From Camelus ferus (lineage: Eukaryota), in contig NC_045697.1 in the NCBI RefSeq assembly GCF_009834535.1, positions 41,294,001-41,358,000 on the forward strand: 64,000 nt of DNA, given 5' to 3'. A program made the translations under genes and the position numbers. Within the stretch, counting starts at the first letter, position 1; each line of letters begins with the position of its first letter. The notes under the pieces were generated by a model that searched no databases, was not told where the DNA came from, and saw nothing but the letters and a program-made list of their open reading frames with translations. This document shows, one piece after another, positions 38,025 to 51,280 of this stretch.

Positions 38025-39085
38025 TTTTAAAATCAGCTTTTTATTTTGGAATAATTTCAAATTCACAGGAAGTTGCAAAGAAAGTATAGAGTTCCCATAT
38101 ACTCCTTATCAGTTGCCCTTAATGGTGTCCTTACAGTACGATTGTGCGTTCGTCATAACTAAGAAGCCTGCGTTGGTACATTGCTATTAATTCAACTTCA
38201 TACTTTATTCGAATTTTACTAGTTTTTCTACTGATGTCCTTTTTCGGTTCCCTGATCCAGTCTGGGATACCACATCTCGTTAATCAGCACATAAGTCATC
38301 ACATCTCGTTAATCTCCTCTAGTCTGTGACAGTTTCTCAGACTTTTCTTATTTTTCATTACCTGGATGGTTTTGTGGTGTACTTGTCGAGCATTTTGTAG
38401 AATATCCCTTACCTTTGGTTTGTGCTGATGTTTTTTGCATGATTAGATTGAGGTTATGGATTTTTGGAAAGACTGTCCACAAGGATGAAGTATCCTCGTC
38501 ACAGCATATCAGGAGTACATGCCATCGACATGACTAATCCTGGAGATAATAACCATATCAGTTGTTTGCCAGGTTTCTCCATTGGAAAGTTACTGTTTTT
38601 CTATTTCCAAACCCTATTCTTTGGAAGTAAGTCACTAAGTCTAGCTGACACTCAAGGGGGGGAGAGGGCATGTGGGGAATTAATTTTTACCTCCTGGAAG
38701 AGGGAATATTTACATACATTGTTTGGAAGTCATCTGTAAGAATAATTTATCTCTTCTCTGTTATTTGTTTATTCATTCATTCATTCATTCATTCACTCAT
38801 TTATGTATATTAGCAGGGATTCATGTGTATTTATTTTGTATTTTATATTGTAATTCCTTGCCATATTATTTATTTTGTTGCTTAAATTGTTCTGGTTTTG
38901 GCCATTGGGAACTCTTTCACATTGGCTTATATGTACCTTTGTCACACTTCTATCTTTCTGTGTTTTAAGCTTTCTGGTACCACAAGATGCTCTGGACTTA
39001 CCATGTGTTTGGCCTCCTCCAGCCCTATAATCATCATTTCTCTAAGGAGTTCTCATTCCTTTATTGGAGAATGATACTTGGATGA
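38025..39085 (-). mobile_element. L1MC/MD-type 3' end
   Basis: ttttattttggaataatttcaaattcacaggaagttgcaaaga...gatgtcctttttcggttccctgatcc...ttggccattgggaactctttca...ctggtaccacaagatgctc. Confidence 0.85.
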
Positions 39086-40309
39086 AATTTTATAGTAGGT
39101 TTTAGCCTAGGTAGACTTGGACAGACAGAGCTCAGACAGTTTTCAGATTAATGATCAAAGACATGATCCAAAGTCTAGGAATTTTACCGGAAACCACCCT
39201 ACTGAGGAATTTTATGAAAATTCCATCAAAGGCATTTAAGTGAATTATAGGATTGAAGAATAGTGCTCATATTATATCATCTTGGAAATTTTCATTAGAA
39301 TGAGCAGGATTTATCAGAATGACAGCATATTAAATCTCTATGATTCATACCTGAGGGGCGTTGCAGTGGAATTCAGTGGACTCTGAGAACAGCCTGCATG
39401 AACTTTGTTGGAACTTAGGTAAACAGGAGCAAAATCTACAAGTAATACATTGATTCGTACTTGAAAGAAATTCTGTGGTTAATTGAAAAATTTTTTTCTG
39501 GATTAATAATTATGATATGATTCCTCTCTGTGACATTCTACATATATTTCAAAAAAAGTGGGTCAGCATAAAAATTTTTTTAAAAGTGTGGCATGCATAG
39601 TCAGAGGCACTACAAAGAATATAAAGACATATGAGAAAGTACTTCTGCCTTCCAGGGAGGTAAACAATATAAGGAAACATTATGTGGTGGGAAAGACAAG
39701 TATTAATGAAGAGCCTTGGGAGCTGTAAGGTAAACATACTCAGAGGCGGTGGGAACAGGATCCCTGAGGAGGCAGTAGAGGGCCGTATCTTTAGAGGCGC
39801 CAAGAGCCCATGATTCTGAGCAGGGAGTTCTTGTGTATTTGTGATAGGGGGAGGGAAACGGAGACAGTGAAGGAGACTGGTTCCTCTCTCCATCATGGGA
39901 GAAACATACTCACTAGTCGGGGAGCAAATGAGGTTGAGTCCATGGGGCAAGAAGTCTGAAGAGGGTGAGAAAATCAAGCAGTAAGAACGTGAGCAGGAAG
40001 CAATACCTTGGTGAAATTTATTTGTTCAGAAACCCTTGGCTCTAAACCACTTACACACTTTATTTTAAAGTATATTATTCAGAGTTAGGACACAAAGTGG
40101 CTTAGAAGAAACCAGAGCCCAATAACTAGAAGGAACAAAGGTATATCCATAGCAAATATTCAGCCTTATGAAACTTTTGTGGGGGAGATATTTAGCCAGC
40201 TAGTTAGTAATCTCAAAAGAATGAGTGTGGATGGAGATCTCTGTTTTGATTTCCCACCAAACTCTCAGTGCTTTACTTTTTTTTTTTATCATGTTGTGAA
40301 TATTTCATT

Positions 40310-40670
40310 TAAAAATTTTATGTATTTATGTTATCATGGTAAAATATGCATAATGTAAAATTTACCATTTTAACCATTTTTAAGTGTACAGTTTGGTGGC
40401 ACGAAGTACATTCACATGGTTGCTCAACCATCACCACTGTTCGTATCTAGAACTTACTCTTCATTCTGTACTGAAACTCTGTACCCATTAAACAATTACT
40501 CCCCACTGCCATCTCCTTCCAGCCCTTGGTAACCACTATTCTACCTTCTGCCTCTATGTACCTGACTACTTTAGGGACCTCATCTAAGCAGAATAATATG
40601 TATTATCTGCCCTTTAGTGTGTGGCTTATTTCACTTAGCATAATGTCTTTCAAGTTTTACTCATGTTGTG
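40310..40670 (-). mobile_element. L1MB-type 3' end
   Basis: ggtaaaatatgcataatgtaaaatttaccattttaaccatttttaagtgtacagtt...aaactctgtacccattaaac...ggcttatttcacttagcataatgtc. Confidence 0.9.
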
Positions 40671-42605
40671 ATGCTATACTTTTATTCCTAAAGTAGTTGC
40701 AGTCAAATTCTGCTGAGTTTTTGCCTTTTTTCCTGAGGCAATTTCATAGCCTGGGGTAAATAGGTGGACACATGAAATACACATTGGAGGGAAGAATGTA
40801 CGACGTCAATAGTAGGGCTATCGAGACCCCAGATCCCTTAGCTGGAGATTGAGGACCAGGCATAGCATTAGGGCTGTGGGCAATGAAGGACCAAATCACA
40901 TGGCTGAGGCCAGTGATATGAGGCTCGGATGCTGGACTGCGACAGAGATACTAGACAGGAAGAGCTTGGAATTCTGTGAGTCCGAGAGTTGTAGTGCATA
41001 TGGAGGTGACTGTGGGTTCAAAAAGGTGAAGGGAAAGACACCAGTGAGTGACTCAGATGCCAAGGAGGGAGTGGCCACTCTGGCTGGCTGATGCAAGAAA
41101 GTTTTCATAGAAAAGTTGATATATAAAGTGAGTAGAATTTGGACAGGCAGAGAGGATTGGGGTAATGATCTACGCAGAAGTGGCATTAAGAGAAATAGGG
41201 AGATGGATACTGCAAGATGCTTTTGGAGCTGAATAGACCAATTTGACTGAGTCTGTAGGGGTTTGTATGGAATGCAGAAGGAGATAGGAGAAGACTGATG
41301 GTGCCAGTTTATGAAGAACACTAGATAAATGATTCAGAGTCTTTTGTAAGCAATGGGCATCATCAGAAAATGAACCAACTTTATCCTTTCCTTTGCCTTA
41401 ACTCCCATAGCCTTAATCATGACCTTAATTAGAATACTTTGCCTTATAGTAGGTTGGGAAATGTTTACATCTTCTGTAAGAACTTGAACTGTCTGAAAGC
41501 AGAGCAGTCTATGTTTCTCAGAGTATTAAGCACAAATGTCTTGAACTTCCTAGTTCCTCAGTAAGCATTCTCTGAATAGAATGGTATTAGACTATAAGGA
41601 TTTTGATGGGAGGATGGGGTAAAATGATCAAGGCTGTAATCTAGGAAGATTAATCCGATGAGACTGTATAGAGAAACTGGACAGGTTCACTAGTGGCGGA
41701 GCTTTTACAACAGTGAAGTGGTGAGGGAACCCAAGGCATTTCTCTTCTAGGCCTGGACAAGAGGGAAGAATTGAAGAGAAATCTAATATCAAATAACCCA
41801 GTGTTTGCATGCCAGTAGCCTTTCAGTGGCAGCTCAAAACAAAGGTTAGGAAAAAAGAAAAGCTGAGGAATGAATCATCAGTTACTCCTGCTGCATATTT
41901 TCTCCTGTGGAATCCTGAACAAGTTACGAAACATAAGGCCAGTAAGTATAATTTCTTTTTCTCAGAAACCACAGAAGCTGGTGCTTCTATCGAAAACACT
42001 GTCTATGTTAGTCAGAAAGTAAAATTAACCTAGCTGTTCTCATTTTATATTTGGACTTATCTGACTAGTTGATGACCTTGTGGGTCCTTTATAAATGCGT
42101 TTCCTTTTGTCTGTGAACAGTAGAGAAAAACATATTTGACAAGATTTTTGTTGGTACATGGAAACACAGTGAAGTGTTTCCTAGTTATATAGAAATAAGA
42201 TTACTTGCTGAAAGTCAAGCCTATACAATTCACCCACAAGCAATAGATTAGCCACCTGTACAAGTAAACCGTGAGAAATTGCCTATAAGTCTGGATCTAA
42301 AGAATTTGGACAAACTTTAGGGCATGCAAGTTTCTCTGCAATGCTTTGGCAAAAGAAAAATCACAGCACTTATTTACCAAATTCAGTGAAGCCTGGCTCC
42401 AAGGCCCCTCTCGTGAGAAGGGCACGGGCTGGTGGTGAGATACCAAATGTCAATCAATGTTGAGGGCTCCTCCCCTTTCCTGGGGGTTTAACTTTAGTAA
42501 GTGCCCAGAAGCTTGTTATCTAAGCCCCTGGGATCCGTTTTGAAGATGAGTGTCTCCTCTCACTCTTTCTCACTGGTTGGTGGACTCTTTTGCTGACGCT
42601 CCTAG

Positions 42606-42729
42606 GCCTGGTGTCGAACCTCCTTCTCATGCCGTGCAGCCCCAGCCTCCCCCAGCCCTGAGTGCTCTGTGTCAGGAGAGACAATGACTTGGCATCTGTG
42701 ACAACCCCCAATCCTGTCCCCATTCCTTG
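42606..42729 (+). other. Candidate non-coding exon (plus strand)
   Basis: Branch-like gctgac followed by ctcctag| acceptor; donor TTG|GTAAGT. Stops occur in all three frames. Confidence 0.25.
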
Positions 42730-42871
42730 GTAAGTCTATAGCAACAATAACAACAGTATCAACGAGTATAGTAAAATAGCCTGTAACAACCACCACTGCC
42801 TCAAAACGATCCCGAGGTATCAGGTAGTTTTTTTTTCTTATTAACGCATCTGTAATGATGTGTTAACTCAC

Positions 42872-43037
42872 CTGTAACAGTCTGTAACACATTGTAATCA
42901 AGGGGATCTGAGTGTATTCTCAGAGTAAGGGCTCTTAAATATGACTGTTATGTAATGGGCTCAAATATAATCAATTGCTTTATAACTTGCTTAGACAAAG
43001 ACTGGTGCACCTCTGAGTTTGATAAACAGTATGGAAT
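42872..43037 (-). other. Candidate non-coding exon (minus strand)
   Basis: Acceptor ttcttcctcactggttgcctttgctctag| and consensus donor CAG|GTGAGT; 166 nt with no through-reading frame evident. Confidence 0.3.
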
Positions 43038-43699
43038 CTAGAGCAAAGGCAACCAGTGAGGAAGAATTTTTTCAGCAAATCTCCAGCACTCTTTAATTTA
43101 GATGGTTCAATCATGTTGGCAGGTTACATTCCATATCCATTGTTATGGTGGAAAAGGATGCACCAAGTAATTGTTAGCTCCGCAGTCATGGAGCTCTTCC
43201 AGCTCCCTCCTGGTCAGCTCCAGATCCTGCATGGTTGAAATCTCATCATGGTGGTGAGGTAGCCTTGAGAAATCGCACTCCAGTGGCCAGTCAGCCTAAG
43301 TAGTATTTCTTATCTCACGTAATTTAGCTATATCCAAGTTCAAAAAAGACCTGTCTGTTTATATTAAGATGACTACAGAAAAAAAAAAAAACCCAACATA
43401 TCTGCATTTGGTAGATTCTTATTTTCTTACTGTGTGGTACATAATGAGGAGATTGATAGTTGCTTGTCTCTTGAAATGGAAATGTGCCACTCATCCATTC
43501 ATTCATGCAATAAATATTTACTGAAAGTCTAGTATGTGCTAGGCACTGTTCTAAGTGTTAAAGCCACAAAAATGAATCAGATATATATGATTTACGTCCT
43601 TGGGATATATTTAACCCAAATTGTTTTCTGACCTTTTGTCTAAATCTCTGTCTCTCTCTCTGTGGTTTTTTTTTTTTAATTTTTTTTTTAATTCTCACC

Positions 43700-44250
43700 C
43701 AGAAGTTTCTAAACATCAGGCTGCTTCTATTTGACTCAATTGCAGATCCCTGATTATAGCCATGGATGTTATGATCAAGTGGATCTAGGATGGATCTCTG
43801 TATTAAAAAAACAAACAAGCCAGAAAGAGAAAGAAAAATACCATATGATATCACTCATATGTGGAATTAAAAAAAAAAAAGACAAGTGAACTTATTTATA
43901 AAACAGAAACAGACTCACAGACATAGAAAACAAATTTATGGTTACAAGGGGGAAGAGGGTGGGAAGGGATAAATTGGGAGTTTGAGATTTGCAGATACTG
44001 ACTGGTATATATAACATAGATAAACAAGCTTATACTGTATAGCACAGGAAACTATATTCGATATCTTGTAGTAGCTTACAGTGAAAAAGAATATGAAAAC
44101 TAATATGTGTATATTCATGTATGACTGAAGCATTGTGCTATACCCCAGAAACTGACACAACATTGTAAACTGACTATAATTCAATAAAAAAAAAAGAAAA
44201 CCAAAAAACCTCCTAGGTAGTTTGATGTGCAGCTAGGTTTGAGAACCAGT
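43700..44250. mobile_element. MER5-type hAT MITE split by an L1 insertion
   Basis: Left half cagaagtttctaaacatcaggctgc...ggatctagg...tctgtatt; right half cctcctaggtagtttgatgtgcagctaggtttgagaaccagt. Confidence 0.6.
43819..44195 (+). mobile_element. Young 5'-truncated camelid-type L1 3' end
   Basis: gccagaaagagaaagaaaaataccatatgatatcactcatatgtggaat...gggataaattgggagtttgagatttgcagatac...ccagaaactgacacaacattgtaaactgactataattcaataaaaaaaaaa. Confidence 0.92.
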
Positions 44251-46609
44251 ATTACTAAAAACATTCTAGTCATTTAGAACTAAAATTTTGGTGGTGCCTG
44301 AACCATGTATGGATAATGCAAACCATTGACAAGTATTGCAGGAGGTCAAGTAGAAATTTTCTTTTTGGCGTGTAACCACTGTTAAGACCCAAACTGAAGA
44401 CAAAAGGCACAATGTGTTCCTTACCCTAAGTTTATAGTCACCAGCAGTTGGGGTCAGCTGCCCTCCCGCAAGGCTCACTGAGAGGCCCATAGTTGTAGAA
44501 CTGGCCCAACCACCCATGGCTGTCCCCACCTCCCAGGGGACTTTGCGAGAGAGGAAGACAGCCATTTGGGGAGTGGATGTACAGGCATTCCTTCTCTCAA
44601 GTCAAGTGTGTGAGGGAGGGGAGCGCGAGTAAATCACTTGAAAAGAAAAGTAAACAGACATTTTGTTCCCTGGCTGTACACCCTTCTGAAGCAGCAGACT
44701 TGCTGGTGTGCCTTGCGTGCTGTGGGAATGTGAGGAAAGAGAACTCAGCGGAGATGGCATGAGTGGAGAGGGGCCTCTGCTTCAAAGTGAAGAAGAGGAA
44801 GTCCTCACACGTCTGCAGACCTGAGGGTTGGCTTTGAGAAATATGTGAGACTGGGGGCCACAGCTGTCCCAAGATTGATTCAGTGTCTGGGGCAAGGAGA
44901 GGTGCACGTGTGGAGGAAGCTCACCAGGGCAGCATCTGCTAAAGGAAACCATATCTGTCACCAGCGGGGAATCTTGGAGCCACCGCTGGTCCTCACCGAG
45001 CCCATGACGGTAGTCCAGACTAGCAGTTACAGTCAACAGTAGCTACTCAGTCGGATGACAGTTTGCTCAGTCACATGAGGAGGTGCTTGTGCTCTTTTCT
45101 CCTTCCTCCCTGCTCCAGTTCTGAAGGAGCTCACACCTAGAAGGAGGGGACAGAGGTGACAGAGAGCCAGAACTCATTCTCTCTATCGTACCCCCCCCCA
45201 CCCCTGCCCAGCTCCCTCAGCTTTTAGTCCCAACTGAAACTCAGACCTCTTCTGGGTCATGGGACAAGTAGGGTTTTGATTGAATGAATGTGCAGTTGAA
45301 GGGTTTAAATGAACAGGACTGAGACTGAAATAGCTGAATGAGATCGGCACAACCATATTTGTTTGAAAAGCACATAAGTAGGAAAGATGTATTTGGGGAG
45401 CTGCTGTTCAGTAGGAAAGTGGTGTGTGTTGGGAAACTTATTGGAAAAATAAAACCATTATATATCTGTAATGAGTTGATAATGCTTTTGTTTAAATTTT
45501 TTGAATAATTATATATGCACATGTTATAGAATTCAAAAGATATAAAAGGCTAAAAGTAAGAGGTAAGGTTTTTTCCCCTCACCTCTCCCCCAACCATGTA
45601 GTTCTATGTTTCTTTCCAAAAATATCACAGAATTGCATCATGTTAAAGTTTCCTCAAATAGTCATGTAATTCTATACTGATTGTATAGCACTGATGAATA
45701 TATACAAGAAGTATACGGGCTAGATATATTTCCACATTCTAGGGTTATTTTTTGGAAGCTGTTGCCAGACAGCATCATCCCATCCTCATTTTGCGACCCA
45801 GTGAAATCTCAGCGTTTGAAATTCCCCAGAAACAGATGTTTCTTTCCTCAATGGACAAGTTCCTGGCTGCACAGAATGACAAAGTCGTAGCAAGGTTGGA
45901 ATTTTCCCCTCCCATGAGGACAGCGTGGGTTTTCAGCACCTGTTTACTGTGGGCTTTTCCATTCTGAGGAGGGAGGAACAAAGTGGGAAGATTTGAATAA
46001 AAATGTATGAACTAATGCATGAAACGAAGAAGCCCCCAGAGGTAGAAAAATGAGTAAAAGGTGAGCTTCCCATATAGGTTACTCCTCCCATCTGCTGTCT
46101 CTTAGCAATTGGATTTTGATAATCTGAGAACTCAGTACAAATGCGAGGGTTTAAATGGGGAAGGGAAAAAAACCCAGAATTAAAGAAACAAAACCATAAT
46201 CTCTATGAAGACTCCAGCAAAGCAAGGGGGAGAAAAGGGGTGTGGGGGAAGGTTTAAGTGTTTGGAGCTCCATCTTCTGGTCATGAAATGGGATGGAACT
46301 GAAATATGAAAATCATGAAAGCTAAAATACTTCGACAGGAACTGCATTAAATGTATTATCTCATTTAATTTATCTGTTCTGTCAAACAAATTACAAGCTC
46401 TTGAATTCAGAAATTAAGTCTCTTCATGATCTGGCCCCAGCAACCTCTTGTTGTGTCCGCATTCACTTATCCATTTAAACAAGCGTGTCCTGGAGCCTGC
46501 CAGGTGAACAGTGTTGGCTGGGCCCTGGGAGGTGCAGACGCACCAGCCTTGGCACCTGCTTAAAGGGTGACTCTTTCATTTGCATGCCGTCCAAACCCAT
46601 CTTTGTTAT

Positions 46610-47490
46610 TTTATATTTAGTGTAAACTACACAAGTAGTACATAAATAATGCTTCTCTCCCTAAATTAAAACTTGACAGAAATGGCTAAGTTTTCCTTTG
46701 ACTGGCACTCCAGCATAACCCTCTCTTCCTCCCAGCAGTAATTGTAGCTGTAGGTTTATAGATGTTATTTAAGCAGTGACATATGTGTCAACACACATGG
46801 AAGTTGTTTGGTACTCCTTGTAAATCTGAGTAGGAGTGTATGTATGTATGTATGAGTATGTTTTACACAAGTAGTAAGATAGTATACCGCTGTATGCAAT
46901 TGCATTTTACCCCAAGATGCAAGACGTCTTGAGGGATTTACCCATGATGTTACATATCTATCTAGTTTATTCTTTGTAATAGTGACATACTATTTCGTAA
47001 TATTTAGCCTGTCTCCTTCTTAGGCTTGTTTGCATAATTATAAGCAATGCTTATAAACATTCGTATGCACACAAGCATTTCTCTAGAGGAGATACTGAGA
47101 AGTGGGATTGTCAGGCCGTGGGGTGTGTGTATTTCTGGTTTGACAGACACTGACTGTTGCCCTCTGAAGTGGCAATTGTAATGAAAGGGCTGTTACCCCA
47201 CATTTCTTTATCTGCACGTCTGCTAGCATTTGATATAATCAAACTTAATTTTTAGTGTCACTCTGATAGTTCATAACTGGTATTTTATCATTTTCACTTT
47301 TATTTCCTGTTTGTTTTTCCTCTTATGTTTATTGGCCATTTCATCTTTTCTTCTGGGAATTGCCTCATGTTGTTTCTGTGCTTATACCTTTATCCATTTT
47401 TATTGGGTTGTTTTGTTTATGTTTGATATGTGGGAATTCTTGGTATATTAAGGATAAAAGTTGGTTATATACGTGGAAAATATTTTTCTG
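46610..47490 (-). mobile_element. Old L1ME-type fragment
   Basis: catttctctagaggagatactgagaagtgggattg...atgtttattggccatttc...ttatccatttttattgggttg...ttcttggtatattaaggata. Confidence 0.65.
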
Positions 47491-47510
47491 GATTATTTTC
47501 TTTTCACTTA

Positions 47511-47990
47511 ATTTTTTTATTAAAGTATAGTTGACATACAATGTTACATTAGTTTCAGGTGTGCAATATAGTGGTTCGACACTTAACACGATGAAATATT
47601 CATCACTATGAGTCTAGTTAGCATGTCACCATAGAAAGTTATTACAATATTGTGGGCTATATTCCCTGTTCTGTATATTACATCCTCATGACTTATTTAT
47701 TTTATGACTGGAAGTTTATCCAGTCATGAAATATCCCTTTACCTGTTTCGTCCATTCCCTCACACCTCCTCCTTCTAGCAACCACCAGTTTGTTCTTTGT
47801 CTCTATGAGTCTGTTTCTGTTTTGTTTATTCATTGGCTTTGTTTTTCAGATTCCACATATAAGTTAAATCACATGTTTTTTTGTCTTTGTCTGAATTGTT
47901 TCACTTAGCATAATACCCTTTAGTCCATCCATATTGTTGCAAATGGCAAGATTTCATTCAGTTTTATGGCTGAGTAATATTTCATTGTGC
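47511..47990 (-). mobile_element. L1 3' end (Laurasiatherian L1MA-type)
   Basis: ttattaaagtatagttgacatacaatgttacattagtttcaggtgtgcaa...agattccacatataag...tttcacttagcataataccc...gttgcaaatggcaagatttcatt. Confidence 0.9.
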
Positions 47991-49012
47991 TCCTTTTAAA
48001 AACATTACCAGTGATATTATTTATAATGCATACATTTTTATTTATCAATCTAATTTATCAGTCTTTTCCTGATATATATTCATTGTATATTCTTATGCAT
48101 ACAAAAAACTTTTGATGCAACAGTGGGTTTGCAGCACATTTTTCAGTATCTCTTCTGTATCTAGTAGAGTACTAGACACTATGATATAATGGGAAGACAC
48201 CTATGAAAAAAAGAAATCTATGAGGCACTTATATCTCAGGCTGGAATTCACATTTAAGAGAACAAATGAAAAAAAAGAAAACTTTTACAAAATAAGTTAC
48301 TAGAGTAGGAAATTTATTTGAAAAAATGTCTATTTTTGAAAGCCATAGAGAAATGATAAGAATGTAGTGTTGGTTAACCAGGAAGACGTCCAGAAATAGG
48401 TGGAGGTTTAATCAAAATGAAGATGTGATAGGTGATACTTGGCAGAGAGCAGTGGGCAGAGAACTTTGGTTGGTATGAAAAAATAGTGCAGGGTCAAGAA
48501 TTAGCATGTTGTATCATGGGGATGCAGAGTGGTTGGGCTTTGCCGCTGGGGAGGCTCTGTTGGGGACATTCATTGTAGGGGGGGTACTTCAGACACACAC
48601 ACTGGCACTTCCTGCCCATCCCTTGCCCCAGGCAGTCATCATGTGTCTTATTGCCAGCTCTCACTTAGGAACATGCTCATTCAGGTGCAGATGGTGATGA
48701 TTTAAGATTTGGAAAGGCAAAGCAATTAAAGGTGCGGTGAGACGAGGAGGAAGAGAGGGTAAAGACTTTCTTTTCTAGTTAAGATACAAATATGAGCAAA
48801 GGCAGAGGTGCGAAGGTTAATGGACAACTTGGAGAAAAGACAGTGGTTTCATTTGGCTAGTATAGCAGGGTTTTTTAATGTTTTTTAATATGGAAACCTC
48901 TTGTTAATAAGAAATAAATCAATAGGCCCCTACATAATAATGACTATTATTAGTGCCTTTGATTGAGAAAATACATGATGATAAAATACAGTTTAACAAT
49001 TGTTTCTAAGTT

Positions 49013-49143
49013 GTGGGGAGGGGGATCTCAGTGGTAGAGCACATGCTTAGCATGCACAAAATCCTGGGTTCCATCCTCAGTACCTCCATTAAATACATAC
49101 ATACATACATACATACCTAATTACCCCCCACCAAATTTAAAAA
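49013..49143 (+). mobile_element. Vic-1-type camelid SINE with (ATAC)n tail
   Basis: ggggagggggatctcagtggtagagcacatgcttagcatgcacaaaatcctgggttccatcctcagtacctcc. TSD aacaattgtttYtaagtt at 48995-49012 and 49144-49161. Confidence 0.9.
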
Positions 49144-49329
49144 AACAATTGTTTTTAAGTTAAAAACATATATAGCAGAAATTTATATAGTTTACAGATA
49201 ATAATTGGACTGACGTGAATTCACAGACCCTTTTACATTGCTCTGATACCTCCTAGGTCCTTGGCCCACAGGTGGGGGTTGCACTACGCTAGCGTAGGGT
49301 TTCTGGAGGAAGGGTCATTCTGTGAGAGA

Positions 49330-50480
49330 TTCATTCATTCATTCAACATATATTTATTGGACATCTACTAAGTATAAGGGACTCTTTTAGTCTCTGGGAA
49401 TACAGCTGTAAAAGAAACAAAGGCCTTGTTGTCAGAGAGCTTACCTTCTAGTGGGAAGAAACAGACAATATAGAATATTACACAAATATAATATTTCAAA
49501 CGGTGCTAATTGTTATGAGAATAGGGAGTACCTGGGTAGGTTGCGGGAATGTTATTTAAACAGCGTGGAGAGAGAAGAGCTCTCTAGTGTGATGATACTT
49601 GAATAGACATTTGAATGAGTCAGAGAACCAAGCAGCACCAAGGTCAAGGCAACAGCTATTGCAAAGCCCTGGAGGTGGAAGCGTGCTTGTTGTCCTTCGT
49701 AACAGCAAGAAGCAGGTGTGTTTAGAGTGGGGTTAAAAAAGTGGGGGACTGTGGTAGAGGATGAGGTCAGGGAGGTAGTGGGTAGCCAACCACATTATGA
49801 AGAGTCCTGCAGGCCATTAAGTTGAATTTTGCTTTGAATTTCACCCTAAGTGATACAGGAAGAAGCCATTGGAGGACTTTAATTATAATAGAGACATAGT
49901 CTAACTTAATGTTTTAAAAGTTACACCGTGGCTGTTTATGAAATAAATTATTAGGTAAGAATTGGAGGAGGAGGCCAATTGTAGAAATCCAAGTTAGAGA
50001 TTAATTGTCAAATGCTTTTGACTGGTTGAATAAAGTAAAGACTGAGAACTGACCCTTGGATTTGGCAATGGGGTGGTTACTATGTAGAGTGTACTCAATT
50101 TGGTAGGTAATAAAGAGCCTTTGAAGATTTTATGGGGAAGTGATATCATCAGTGTTGTACTTTATGAAAATCTGTTTACTGGTAGCAGTAGATGGGAAGG
50201 ATTAGATTAAATGAAAAGAAATTTGAGACTAGAGAGACACTTTAGGTGCCCATTTTATTGAAAGATTATGGGGTAGCAAAAGGAAAGGGAGTTTTAGCGT
50301 CTGAAGTGAAAGAACTACACAAAAGAAGGGAATATAGGGTAAGATGGAGACAGAAGAGTCAAAGTTAAATTTTTTGAAATTGTGTGAGTAGGAAAATCAG
50401 AGTTCCATTAACAGAGATGGGAAAGTCAGGAACAGAAGATGATGCCTTTAATTTTGTATATCATGACTTTGAAGTCTGGA
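49330..50480 (-). mobile_element. L2a/L2 fragments including the (TGAA)n terminus
   Basis: ttcattcattcattcaacatatatttattgg...ctgggaatacagctgt...gcaaagccctggaggtggaagcgtgcttg...gagaactgacccttggatttggcaa. Confidence 0.85.
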
Positions 50481-50981
50481 CATGTAGGTTGATTTTAATG
50501 CTCACCTTTACATTACTGTTCTACAATCCTGTATCAGCAGCCCCTGCTTTGAGACTTCAGAGGCATTTGGTAAACCATGATCTTCTGACTGAGGCCCTTG
50601 ACAACTGGATCTCACTCTTCTTCCTAGAGTAAACCTTTGTTACTTTACTCTGTAGTCCATATTGATGATCCACACGGAATAAGAGCCTCGCAACAATTTC
50701 CTTATTTTTCTTTGACTTAAGGTGCGTGTATGGTAAGTTTGGGTGAAGACATCCTTCAGAATGGAAATGTAAGTCCAGAATATAAAAGAGAGATAAAAGT
50801 TGAAGAATGAAAGGTAGGATACCTTTGCTATCAAACTGGATAAGAGTTCCAAGGGAAAGAATGTAAAAAGAGAAGAATATTAATTACAGGTTTTGGAAAC
50901 ATTCTATGTAGTAAGAAAGTTAATTTGAAAAATGGATGGAGTAGTGGGAAAAGATGTACATTTAAAAACTATTGAGATCTT

Positions 50982-51071
50982 GGGGGAGAGTATAGCTCAG
51001 TGGTAGAGCACATGATTAGCATGCATGAGTTCCTGGATTCAGCCCCCGGAACCTCCATTAAATAAACCTAA
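50982..51071 (+). mobile_element. Vic-1-type camelid SINE (short form)
   Basis: gggggagagtatagctcagtggtagagcacatgattagcatgcatgagttcctggattcagccccc. Exact flanking repeat ttaaaaactattgagatctt at 50962-50981 and 51072-51091. Confidence 0.92.
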
Positions 51072-51079
51072 TTAAAAAC

Positions 51080-51280
51080 TATTGAGATCTTAAATGTTCT
51101 CAAAGTAAGAAAGAAATGATAGTTACTTGATGTTATAGAGGTGTTAGCTCATGCTGTGGTGGTAACCATCTTGCAATATATAAATTCTTCAAATCCACAT
51201 ATTATACGCCTTAAACTTATACAATGTTACATGTCAATTATGTCTCAAATTAAAACATTTTTAAAAATTGAAAAAAGAGA
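51080..51280 (+). mobile_element. L1MA9-like 3' terminus
   Basis: agatcttaaatgttctca...gaggtgttagct...gtggtggtaaccatcttgcaatatataaat...ttaaacttatacaatgttacatgtcaattatgtctcaa. Confidence 0.85.

Noticed and set aside
50982..51055. tRNA-Ala-like sequences (also near 35220, 49013 and 55264)
   Set aside because: These are SINE heads with degenerate stems, AT-rich tails and TSDs, not functional tRNA genes.
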